Source of the DNA: a virus
Reading direction: 5' to 3' (one strand)
Length of the DNA: 55,706 nucleotides
IMG/VR virus record: IMGVR_UViG_3300007345_000047
Of this stretch, positions 6,342-14,284 are shown in pieces; the first letter of the stretch is position 1; each line of letters begins with the position of its first letter. Made by a program: the position numbers and the translations under genes. The notes under the pieces are model-generated. The model had not been told where the DNA came from. It saw only the letters and a program-made list of their open reading frames with translations, and did no database searches.

Positions 6342-6515
6342 ATGGCTAAGTCAGCAAGAGATAGAATGGCAGAGATGAGGGTGCGGCAGAAGGAGCTGGG
6401 GCGTAACAGTCGCCAGCTGTGGTTGACACCCTTCGAGGAGAACGAACTAAAAGTGCTGCTTGAGATATTACGAAGTGGCTCCGAGGTACGCGATCCCCAA
6501 GCCGACGATAGTTAG
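6342..6515 (+). CDS. Hypothetical small basic protein (57 aa)
   Basis: ATG 6342 lies directly after the previous stop. Sequence begins MAKSARDRMAEMRVRQKELGRNSRQLWLTPFEENELKVLLEILR. Confidence 0.45.
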   Translation: MAKSARDRMAEMRVRQKELGRNSRQLWLTPFEENELKVLLEILRSGSEVRDPQADDS

Positions 6516-6791
6516 AATCACTCCGATCCCCCACTTACCTACCCGAGTAGCACCGAGTAACTGGCCTTGCTGCTCGTGGTAGACCTTCACGAACTCCCGC
6601 ATATCCTCCGAATGCTTGCCTAAAGTGTGATTGATCTCGGTATGACGCGCAACAGCGTCCTTATTCATGGCTCGGAACTCCTGAGTGTGCTGGTTGAGAC
6701 GCTGCTCGTGTACCTCCGCAACCGTCTCAAGATGGCTGAGTCTTTTAGCGTGATCATCTTGTTTTTTCCATAATGCGGCAGCTTCTGGCAT
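6468..6791 (-). CDS. Tail-anchored coiled-coil membrane protein (XhlA-like from memory; possibly lysis-associated)
   Basis: Helical N-terminal part (RLSHLETVAEVHEQRLNQH) and a single C-terminal TM helix (WGIGVILTIVGLGIAYLG). Confidence 0.5.
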   Translation of the reverse strand: MPEAAALWKKQDDHAKRLSHLETVAEVHEQRLNQHTQEFRAMNKDAVARHTEINHTLGKHSEDMREFVKVYHEQQGQLLGATRVGKWGIGVILTIVGLGIAYLGATS

Positions 6792-6983
6792 AGCACGGGT
6801 CTCGGTTACATGAACAGTTTAACTAATTATCGCATTCGGAGGCTTGCTTTGTCACGCGGGGGATGCGTAGGATAGAGGGTACTCTCAAGCGATACGTGGG
6901 GTATCGCTGAGAATAGTCAAGGCATTCAACGGTTCGCCTCTTCACCAGGCTACTCAGCTGGGGACGAAATTACTGAGTTCTAG

Positions 6984-7008
6984 GGGATCCTTCGGGATCC
7001 CTTTTTTT
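6984..7008 (+). terminator. Rho-independent terminator, + strand orientation
   Basis: GGGATCC-TTCG-GGATCCC followed by seven T. In the - direction no U-tract follows the hairpin. Confidence 0.75.
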
Positions 7009-7216
7009 ATTTCCCGTACCGCTCGGTAACTACCTGCCGCAGCCACTCTATCAAGATCAGTGGCCACAGTGTGGTCCAAGCGAAGCAAACTAGGACGATT
7101 CCCAGCTCACCGTGCGCGTCATCTTCGGGCGCGAACGTGTTCAGTACGAATACGCACATCGCAAACAGCAGCCCGAAGCCAAGGTACAGCCCCAGCATAT
7201 CAATTACGACCATCAA
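7007..7216 (-). CDS. Small two-TM membrane protein (holin-like by topology only)
   Basis: 69 aa with two hydrophobic helices and a charged C-terminus. Confidence 0.5.
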   Translation of the reverse strand: MMVVIDMLGLYLGFGLLFAMCVFVLNTFAPEDDAHGELGIVLVCFAWTTLWPLILIEWLRQVVTERYGK

Positions 7217-7490
7217 GTTGTGGACCCTCCGCTTTACTTAGTCTTTCAGATATTAGGTTAGCATACCCAGCGATGTCCTCCCAGCTATCTAGGCAGTTGA
7301 TATCTCCGCAGCAGAGCCGTGCGATCTTAGTGGCGATCAGGTCCAGGCTATGCTTCTGCATCGACAGCCCCAGCTTATCGGGGAAGTTCATTGCTATCAC
7401 GGCCTTGAGGTCTTCTGCCATCTCGGCAGTGTCCTTATAGTCACCGTGCGTGCTTTCTCGTTGGTTCAGCACCTCGTGTTGGTAATCCAT
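7200..7490 (-). CDS. Conserved phage small protein (DUF6378-like from memory)
   Basis: 96-aa ORF containing STHGDY...IATKIARL...DSWEDIAGYA. Confidence 0.55.
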   Translation of the reverse strand: MDYQHEVLNQRESTHGDYKDTAEMAEDLKAVIAMNFPDKLGLSMQKHSLDLIATKIARLCCGDINCLDSWEDIAGYANLISERLSKAEGPQLDGRN

Positions 7491-7499
7491 GTCACTCTC

Positions 7500-8714
7500 C
7501 TACGCTATTTTATAGTCAACTTCGTGTTTTGGACGGGGTAATTCGTAAATCAGAGTAGAGTGCCGCCCGCCTTCTCTCTTGAATACTACCATCTGCATCG
7601 CCTGGATCGAGCTGTAGCCATTACTGGCATGCCAGCTGTCCGGTGGGGGTAACGCTGCAAACTTCTGAACGTAACAGCCGTCCAATTCTTTAACATCCTG
7701 ATGGTGGAAGTGACCCAGAGCCCACATACGGCTAGTAGTTCTGCCCCAGGCTTCGGCCATATCTCTGGCCATGACAGTGACCAGCTTCTCCGGCTTCATC
7801 TTGTCGCCGTGATTAATTCCGATCAGCCACTCGCCCCACTCTAGGTAGTGGAAGTAACCGTGTGTATCTAGGATAGTTACGCGGGGCTCATTGTGATAGA
7901 AGGCAGCGAGGATACGTTGGATCGCCAGTGCCACGTCAGGGTTGTGATTACCACGAGCAATTACTACCACTACTTTCTTAAATTTTCCGAGCATGGCCTC
8001 AATGCCGTGCCGCATACCCATCGCGGCCACATCCATAGTCCTGCCGTGCCGTGTGTCTACATCAACGGGGGTGCCCGCGAAGGTAGCATTCAGGCTGGAG
8101 TTACTGTGAGTGTAGTCACCGACATCGACCAGTAGTCCGGTCTCACACTGGGGAGCACGCTCGACCAGGTCGTCGATCGCAGCTGTCATATTGTCGTATG
8201 CAGTCTGGCTGTCGAAGTTGGAGTGCTTAGTCTCCTGCCCGTGAGCATACATCCCGTAGTGCGAGTCTCCTATAAAGATGCCAGCCATAAGATTCTTGTC
8301 GAACTTATCAGTCTTCTTCAGCTTGGGCTTTTTCTTGGCCGGATTGATGTCGAGGATAAGATTATCGACAAAGCCTTCGAGCTGCTTCTCCAGTGCTAGT
8401 TTATCGGGTGAGGCTTTGAGCCAGATCGGCTCGCCGTCAGGGGTCTTGGTTAGCATGGAGTACCCGCGATTCAGCTGGAAGCCTGGAGCTACCTTGCTGG
8501 ACATATCGTAGTCTGGGAAGACTCCACCCAGTGCGGCACGCTTTGCGACCTTAGACTTCATGGATACTATGGTTTCAGGGAACTCTAGCCCCAGCTTCTT
8601 AGCTGCAGCTGCAGCGGTTCCGGTCTCAATCCAAGCCTCAAGGCACTTGCGTTGATGGTCGGTATTACAGAACTCTAGTATCGCGGGATCAGGGGGTGCG
8701 GCTCTCATATACAT
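7500..8714 (-). CDS. Calcineurin-like metallophosphoesterase with N-terminal HTH-like region
   Basis: Motifs IGDSHYG, DVGDYTH, RGNHNPD and GHFHH, in the canonical order. Confidence 0.75.
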   Translation of the reverse strand: MYMRAAPPDPAILEFCNTDHQRKCLEAWIETGTAAAAAKKLGLEFPETIVSMKSKVAKRAALGGVFPDYDMSSKVAPGFQLNRGYSMLTKTPDGEPIWLKASPDKLALEKQLEGFVDNLILDINPAKKKPKLKKTDKFDKNLMAGIFIGDSHYGMYAHGQETKHSNFDSQTAYDNMTAAIDDLVERAPQCETGLLVDVGDYTHSNSSLNATFAGTPVDVDTRHGRTMDVAAMGMRHGIEAMLGKFKKVVVVIARGNHNPDVALAIQRILAAFYHNEPRVTILDTHGYFHYLEWGEWLIGINHGDKMKPEKLVTVMARDMAEAWGRTTSRMWALGHFHHQDVKELDGCYVQKFAALPPPDSWHASNGYSSIQAMQMVVFKREGGRHSTLIYELPRPKHEVDYKIA

Positions 8715-8744
8715 ATCCTTCTGGTTGTGGAACGACTTATTCTA

Positions 8745-9083
8745 TCACGTAATTAGTTGAATTCTCGGCGAATCTGGGCTCTCGTCCACAGAAGGTGCCA
8801 TGTCTAGGGGCTCTGGGAGGTCTAGCTCCTTACATACGCGACTGAATACTTGGTCTATACTGAGGCCACGGTACGTGTCAGTCAGCCCCAGAGCCATGAT
8901 TCCAGACGCATCCTTGTACATCCAGCCGATCACTCGGTAGATCATACGGATGTACTCGTCGGATAACTCCGCGTGGTTTAGTACCTTCTCGATGTTTTCA
9001 AAAGGTATCGGATCCGAAGGAACGCCGTCCTCTCGCAAGACCTCTTTGTTTATCCAGTCCTGCACTATCTCTAGGTGGCTCAT
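8745..9083 (-). CDS. Hypothetical protein
   Basis: 112-aa ORF, co-directional and tightly packed with its neighbours. Confidence 0.6.
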   Translation of the reverse strand: MSHLEIVQDWINKEVLREDGVPSDPIPFENIEKVLNHAELSDEYIRMIYRVIGWMYKDASGIMALGLTDTYRGLSIDQVFSRVCKELDLPEPLDMAPSVDESPDSPRIQLIT

Positions 9084-9610
9084 ATAGTTAACTCCTCGTA
9101 TCGGTATAAGAATAAGTCCTTCGAATCGTGGCCGACTGGCAACGGGTGATCGTGTGGCTGTGCGAACGGGAACCTCTCCTCGTACAGCGCATCTATCTCT
9201 GGGCTACGCGCACACAGTCTCAGTCTCTCGGTGACCAGGGCACGCACGTCTGCTTTCTTGACGTTCTCATTGAGCACGGGTGCTAGGTCAAACTTCTGAC
9301 AGATGGCAAGCCAGATGCCCTGCTCGAAGTGCCGGATCTGCGGGATCATTTCCTTCATGGGAGTGACAGTGTCACCCACATACGCTTCGGCTGCGTCGTG
9401 CATCAGAGCAGATAACTTAGTGTTCCTGTTCCCCTGCACTATCCAAGAGCAGTACACGCTGTGCGCTGCTACTGAGTAAGGCTGGCTGGTAGCACCGTTG
9501 AACCTATTAATGTGGGATAGATGGTGCGCGATGTCCTCGATGCAGATCGCATCCTGCAAGGGCATGGCCAGGTCTAGTATCTTCCCGCTGTGCGTGGCTA
9601 TTTTACTCAT
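9080..9610 (-). CDS. HD-domain phosphohydrolase (YfbR-type 5'-nucleotidase-like)
   Basis: Motifs IAHHLSHINRFNG and LMHDAAEAYVGD. The start is taken at ATG 9610 (MSKIATH, GGAG RBS) rather than track start 9700. Confidence 0.75.
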   Translation of the reverse strand: MSKIATHSGKILDLAMPLQDAICIEDIAHHLSHINRFNGATSQPYSVAAHSVYCSWIVQGNRNTKLSALMHDAAEAYVGDTVTPMKEMIPQIRHFEQGIWLAICQKFDLAPVLNENVKKADVRALVTERLRLCARSPEIDALYEERFPFAQPHDHPLPVGHDSKDLFLYRYEELTI

Positions 9611-9755
9611 TGTCTTTCTCCAGTGCTTTCTCGTACTTCTTTTTCGCAGCCACATAAGCATAAGCAGCATCAGCAGCAGCAGCATAAGAATCAGCACCAA
9701 TCCAGACCTTGTACTTCTCTTCCATGTCTTTCTTTAGTTCTTCTAAGTTACTCAT
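9603..9755 (-). CDS. Small paralogous-array protein (50 aa)
   Basis: Own translation: MSNLEELKKDMEEKYKVWIGADSYAAAADAAYAYVAAKKKYEKALEKDNE. It is paralogous to the N-terminus of the 10857..11222 product. ATGAGTAA junctions occur at both ends. Confidence 0.5.
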   Translation of the reverse strand: MSNLEELKKDMEEKYKVWIGADSYAAAADAAYAYVAAKKKYEKALEKDNE

Positions 9756-10011
9756 CGTTCTTCTCCAGTGCTGCTTTGATTCGCTCCAACAAAGGGTCAG
9801 AACTCATACCTACTTGACCCAATGCGTCCACCCTATTTCTGTGCAGTGCCGCCAAATCCTCCCTGCTTATGCTCACTCTCTCACTACTGGTAGCGGGTGC
9901 AGCATCCTTCTCCAGCTCGGCTATGCGGTCTGCTGCTCTCTGACATAGCTTTATCAGATACCTTTCCGAGCATCCGTGGCATTCCCTAAGCTGTCCCTCT
10001 AACTCACTCAT
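9748..10011 (-). CDS. Small paralogous-array protein (87 aa)
   Basis: Contains the APATSSERVSISRED module and the IKAALEKNDE terminus. Confidence 0.55.
   Translation of the reverse strand: MSELEGQLRECHGCSERYLIKLCQRAADRIAELEKDAAPATSSERVSISREDLAALHRNRVDALGQVGMSSDPLLERIKAALEKNDE
9856..9900. repeat. 45-bp dispersed repeat, copy 1 (partner at 10989-11033; 1 mismatch)
   Basis: atcctccctgcttatgctcactctctcactactggt[a/g]gcgggtgc, read directly. Confidence 0.9.
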
Positions 10012-10462
10012 GAGATTGCTCCAGTGCTGCTTTGAGTTCGTTGAAGAATGGCGTCCTCATGTCGCTGTCCTCTAAGTATTTCCCGTTCAGCGCAGGATTG
10101 TTGAGAATACTAAACATCTTCTCAGCACACTCCCTGCTTATCATTACATCACTACTGGTGGCGGTGTTGAGTGCGTGATCTATAGCCATGATCGCGAAGG
10201 CTTGGTTACTGTCTGGGTTTTCAATAGCGTACTTAGCGCACTCTAATGCTTCGATAAGTCGTCCATCACTACTGGTGGCGGTAGGCTCTAGTTCCATTAA
10301 TTCCATAGGACTTTTCGGCTCTGGTGGCGCTACATAGCCATGTTTTGCGGCATAGGCTAATGCGTTATCCCTAGCAGACTGTCGAATTGTCTTTACTGTC
10401 TCTAGCAACTTCGGGTCATCAATTTCATGCCATCTAAATAACATATCTAATTCATCTTCCAT
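10004..10462 (-). CDS. Small paralogous-array protein (about 152 aa)
   Basis: Start chosen at ATG 10462 (GGAGAG RBS). It has two ATSSD modules and the LKAALEQSHE terminus. Confidence 0.5.
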   Translation of the reverse strand: MEDELDMLFRWHEIDDPKLLETVKTIRQSARDNALAYAAKHGYVAPPEPKSPMELMELEPTATSSDGRLIEALECAKYAIENPDSNQAFAIMAIDHALNTATSSDVMISRECAEKMFSILNNPALNGKYLEDSDMRTPFFNELKAALEQSHE

Positions 10463-10488
10463 TCTCACTCTCCATATTATCAGTTGGG

Positions 10489-10617
10489 TTAGGGTTTTAA
10501 CTTCGCCTCTTTCCATGTAGAGGGCGGCAAGGTTGTTTGTCCCCACTCTGGATGATTCCAAACAGCGGTTGCAGCATCCTTCTCCATCTCGGCTATGTGG
10601 TCTAACAATTCACTCAC
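10489..10617 (-). CDS. Possible small paralogous-array protein (42 aa, GTG start)
   Basis: A GTGAGTGA junction with the upstream stop. It encodes SELLDHIAEMEKDAA, paralogous to AADRIAELEKDAA of the 9748 gene. Confidence 0.3.
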   Translation of the reverse strand: MSELLDHIAEMEKDAATAVWNHPEWGQTTLPPSTWKEAKLKP

Positions 10618-10864
10618 TGTTACTCTCCGAATAAATCCTGAATGTTTTGGCGGTACAGGTCGATCTGAGAACCTGCTGCTCGTTTGAGGCATCACCGCCT
10701 GATTGCCTAAGTAATTCTGTCTCTAGCAGTTTTTCAAAGGCTTCCCAGTTCGTGCTCTCGCCCTTTCGTTTGGCTATTTGGTAGGCGCTTCGCAAAACCC
10801 CGTTAATATCGGCTGGCTCTTGATATTCCTGCTTATAGTAATTTGTAATGCTGTCTTCACTCAT
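10610..10864 (-). CDS. Small array protein (84 aa)
   Basis: ATG 10864 lies in an ATGAGTGA junction with the upstream stop. Confidence 0.5.
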   Translation of the reverse strand: MSEDSITNYYKQEYQEPADINGVLRSAYQIAKRKGESTNWEAFEKLLETELLRQSGGDASNEQQVLRSTCTAKTFRIYSESNSE

Positions 10865-11222
10865 TTGCTGCCTCCAGTGCGGTCTTGATGCGATCAGCCG
10901 ACCTCTCAAAATCCGTAGATGTAGCCATGTTGTCATAGTTTGCAGCCATAACCGCCGAGGCTCTGAATAAAACTTCCGCGTCCTTCGCATCCTCCCTGCT
11001 TATGCTCACTCTCTCACTACTGGTGGCGGGTGCTTGCTTCAGTGCGGCTTTGTACTTTCTTTTCGCAGCAGCAGCATAAGCAGCATCAGCATCAAGCCAG
11101 ACTTTGCGCTTCTCATTCATGTCTTTCTTTAACTTTTCTAGGCTACTCATCTTTTCTCTCATTCTCATATCTTTATTTATGTTCTGACGTTGCCTATCTG
11201 CCACGTACTCGTGCCTATTCAT
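10857..11222 (-). CDS. Small paralogous-array protein (121 aa)
   Basis: AGGAAGGA RBS. It carries the MSSLEKLKKDM..KVW module, the APATSSERVSISRED module and the IKTALEAANE terminus. Confidence 0.55.
   Translation of the reverse strand: MNRHEYVADRQRQNINKDMRMREKMSSLEKLKKDMNEKRKVWLDADAAYAAAAKRKYKAALKQAPATSSERVSISREDAKDAEVLFRASAVMAANYDNMATSTDFERSADRIKTALEAANE
10989..11033. repeat. 45-bp dispersed repeat, copy 2
   Basis: Matches 9856-9900 with one mismatch. Confidence 0.9.
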
Positions 11223-11225
11223 AGA

Positions 11226-13520
11226 TTATTCCTTCCTGTATCGTTGTTCCCGCCAGCCACCAGCAGCCTTGATCGGCCAACCTTGTGCCCAGCTAGGGAG
11301 TTGCATCATTAGTGACTCGAACTCTTCGATTGACCCAAAGCCTTCATCGACTTCAGCTATTATCTCGTCGTGCACGTGGCCCACTACTGGGTAGCCAGCA
11401 CGCTCGACGTTCTTTATGCCGTGCGCCAGTAGATCCCTGGCCACACCCTGCACTGCATTCTCTGTGAGCATACCGCCATAGGTCTCGACGCGGATCCAGC
11501 CCATCTTACCCTTCTTGGGGTTAGAGTTATTCATCATGTGACTTAGAGACCAGCCGTCTCTCTTGGCTCTTCTGTCCAAGCGTGCCTCCAGTCGTGGCGC
11601 GTGGTAGCTAAGGCACCGGCCACTGGGAAGTAAGCAGTACAGCACATCTCCGAAGACCCCGTACCGGATGAATCTCCAAGTGTGCCACTCGCCTGGTTCC
11701 AAGCAAGCCTTGACGGCAGTGCCTTCGAGTCCAAACAGTTCCGGCTTAAACTCCCAAGACTGGGGAGCTGTCTCGCGGTACTGCCCGCCCCACATCTCTA
11801 CTATGGCTGGCGATTCTTCGCGCCACTTGAGTATGCTCTTCTTAATGGTGTCTTCATCCATGTACTCGTCGGCACCGAATTGTTTCCAGGCACCTATCCA
11901 GCCTTGGTAGCCTGATGCCAGCTCTGGCACTTTGCCGAATGGCTTCCGGTGCGGGTGGCTGTTCCCAGTCTCTTCCTTATACTGCATCATCTCTTCGAAC
12001 GGCACGCCTGTAATCTTAGCCGCACACATCTCGTATATCTTACCGTGCGTGTTGAACACATCGATGCGCCACTGCTCTCCGGCCAGTACGGCCAGCACCA
12101 CCGCTTCAATAGCAGAGTAGTCAGAGCACAGTAGTTCCTTTCCAAACGCACACGTGACCATCCCGCGCATCGATGCAGCGATAGCATGGTAGAGGTCTTT
12201 GCCGTAGTAATAGTTTGCCATAGCGAAATCGCAGGTCACCAGCTGGGCGATGACCTTGTCCATCACATAGCCGTCCCACTCCACTGGCTCCGGCAGGGGA
12301 TCCGCGATAGTGCACCGGCAGCAGTTGTCGAAAGGTACGGCAGTGCCATACACGCTCCCGCAGCAGGTAGCTACTCTTAGCTTGGGACCACTCGCCACCA
12401 TATTCTGCAGCTGTAAGCCCATCGATGCCCACCGACCGGTGTGCGCCCTGTAGTATGCAAGGGTGTCACGCATCCGATTGTCGGCTGACGTACGCTTAGA
12501 TAGAGCCTGTAGTTTCTTAACCCCAGCTGATGATGTGGCCGCTCTAATCTCAAGAGCCTCTCGTGCTCGGGGGCACAGCTTGCCCTCCTCCCAGCCCAAG
12601 ATCTCGGTCAGGGTCTCTTCTTCTAGGTTCTCCAGCCACACGTTGCGGGTCTCTAGCCAGTCGATCAGATCCTTCACCTTCGTGGTGTTGGCTACCGCGC
12701 CTTCAGTCAGCTCGTGGATTCTTTGGTCGTAGTACTCTTTGCCCTCATTCACAATGGCAGAGAGTGCAGCGACTGCGGCTACATCTATCTGGATCCCGCG
12801 GGCATTGATCTGCTGATCGAGAATCCACATGTCTAATTCTTCAGGTGATAGGTCTGGGCACGCGAGAGAGACAGATGCCTCGGCCACAATATCCTGAATG
12901 TTATATTGGTACAGCTCGATGCCCTGCGGCTCCTCGTCTGGAAGGATTCGTTTGCGGGGGTCTAACTTAGTCGGCTTGCGGGGACAACAGTATCGTTTAA
13001 TAACGCGCTTGCCTGTAGCACTATCTTTATCTTCCATTCCGATGACTTTGGACACAGCTCCGAGAGCTGCCGGAAGGCTATACGCCTTTGCCTTTGCAGC
13101 GGAACACCGTAGCTGGGCAATCGGTAGTTGTGGCCACCCAAGTTTCTTGGATGCCACGTGATGCCATATATAGAATTCGAATGCTGAGTTATGCGCTTCA
13201 AGTAAACCTCCAGATGCTACGTGATCGAGTAAGTCTTGGGGTGCGGGCAGCGCGGGAGTCCACAGTCTGCAACCCAGGCCGTCTTTAAGATCATACGCTA
13301 TAGATATTATCTCAGTGCTCGGGTGCTCCGCGTATACGGGTGCCCCTACCTGAGAGATGCCAGCAGTCTTGCCAGCTCCTGATATTGAAATCCACTTTTG
13401 ATCCCCTTCGCGCCAGACAAAACCTGCCTCGCTATAGGTCTCAAAATCAAAGTCCGGCAGGACTGTCGAGAACGACAGCCCCGCTGGAACAGTTTGCCCT
13501 GCTAGTAGTTCCTGCTTCAT
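11226..13520 (-). CDS. Family A DNA polymerase with 3'-5' exonuclease domain
   Basis: Exonuclease motifs DFDFETYS, HNSAFEF and YNIQDI. Polymerase motifs SDYSAIEA, RKPFGKVPELASGYQG and VHDEII. Confidence 0.9.
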   Translation of the reverse strand: MKQELLAGQTVPAGLSFSTVLPDFDFETYSEAGFVWREGDQKWISISGAGKTAGISQVGAPVYAEHPSTEIISIAYDLKDGLGCRLWTPALPAPQDLLDHVASGGLLEAHNSAFEFYIWHHVASKKLGWPQLPIAQLRCSAAKAKAYSLPAALGAVSKVIGMEDKDSATGKRVIKRYCCPRKPTKLDPRKRILPDEEPQGIELYQYNIQDIVAEASVSLACPDLSPEELDMWILDQQINARGIQIDVAAVAALSAIVNEGKEYYDQRIHELTEGAVANTTKVKDLIDWLETRNVWLENLEEETLTEILGWEEGKLCPRAREALEIRAATSSAGVKKLQALSKRTSADNRMRDTLAYYRAHTGRWASMGLQLQNMVASGPKLRVATCCGSVYGTAVPFDNCCRCTIADPLPEPVEWDGYVMDKVIAQLVTCDFAMANYYYGKDLYHAIAASMRGMVTCAFGKELLCSDYSAIEAVVLAVLAGEQWRIDVFNTHGKIYEMCAAKITGVPFEEMMQYKEETGNSHPHRKPFGKVPELASGYQGWIGAWKQFGADEYMDEDTIKKSILKWREESPAIVEMWGGQYRETAPQSWEFKPELFGLEGTAVKACLEPGEWHTWRFIRYGVFGDVLYCLLPSGRCLSYHAPRLEARLDRRAKRDGWSLSHMMNNSNPKKGKMGWIRVETYGGMLTENAVQGVARDLLAHGIKNVERAGYPVVGHVHDEIIAEVDEGFGSIEEFESLMMQLPSWAQGWPIKAAGGWREQRYRKE

Positions 13521-14284
13521 GCGGCAGGTGGTACTTGTGTGAACCCTTGATTGGGTGCAGCAGGTGCGGGAGCCGGTGCGGGGGCGATCGGCTGTGGTGC
13601 AGCAGCGGGTGCTGCTTCTGGTGCGGCGGCGGGTGCGCCTGGTACTCCGTTCGCTATGGCGGCGAACTGGTTTGCTGGTGCTGCGGGAGCAGCGGTTGCG
13701 CCAGCAGGTAGCGCGGCAGCGACTTGGCCACCGAAGACTTGGTTAGCGTCTGGTCCAGAGTTTATCTCGGCACCGAAGGCCACAAGATTTACCATGTTCA
13801 GGTTCATGTAGAGACCTGGCTTACCCTGGTCGCCGTTGTCTTCGATAGACCCTGCGATCTGCACGAAGAATCCAGTCTTAACTTCTTCGGCTGGGATCTC
13901 TAGCATCTGGCCGGATCCATTGTCCTTATAGCACTTGGGCGCATAAGAAGTAGTGAACCGAAAGATGAAGTGGCCAGCGAAGCCTTCACGGTTAGAGTAT
14001 GGCTGGCCGTTGCTGTCCACGCCGTCGCCGTCGAGAAACTTATAGGCGTAGTTCTGTGGCACGCCCTGCGGTCGAGCATCAGCAGCTACCGCTGTGATAG
14101 AAGCCCACAGTTCATCGATTCCAGGCGCATCCTTCGCGATGGCTAGGCCGATGTACCACTCTACGCGTGGCTGTCCTTTGTTTGCGCCAGACTTCCATAG
14201 AAGTGGCTGATCATAGAAGTCAGTAGTCGATCCGCGAAATGCAGACCCTTGTACTATACGACCGACGGGGGTAACGATATTCAT
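13517..14284 (-). CDS. Putative ssDNA-binding protein (DUF2815 / gp2.5-like) with Ala/Pro-rich tail
   Basis: Lies between the DUF2800-like nuclease and the polymerase. Beta-rich core plus a low-complexity C-terminus. The call rests on context and resemblance. Confidence 0.5.
   Translation of the reverse strand: MNIVTPVGRIVQGSAFRGSTTDFYDQPLLWKSGANKGQPRVEWYIGLAIAKDAPGIDELWASITAVAADARPQGVPQNYAYKFLDGDGVDSNGQPYSNREGFAGHFIFRFTTSYAPKCYKDNGSGQMLEIPAEEVKTGFFVQIAGSIEDNGDQGKPGLYMNLNMVNLVAFGAEINSGPDANQVFGGQVAAALPAGATAAPAAPANQFAAIANGVPGAPAAAPEAAPAAAPQPIAPAPAPAPAAPNQGFTQVPPAA

Noticed and set aside
6800-7000. Possible tRNA in the structured intergenic region (a GGTTCG-like segment near 6931)
   Set aside because: I could not build a cloverleaf. 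The 5 nt on either side of the TTCGCCT candidate T-loop are not complementary, and no acceptor stem is apparent. No tRNA is called anywhere in the window.
6984-7008. Reading the 6984-7008 hairpin as the terminator of the - strand gene 7007..7216
   Set aside because: In the - direction the hairpin is preceded by the A-tract and followed by UAGAACUC, not by U residues. It is oriented to function for + strand transcription only.
9600-11230. CRISPR-like appearance of the dispersed repeats in the small-gene array
   Set aside because: The repeats differ in length and are irregularly spaced. They lie inside translated paralogous ORFs in one frame, so they are protein-coding modules and not a repeat-spacer array.
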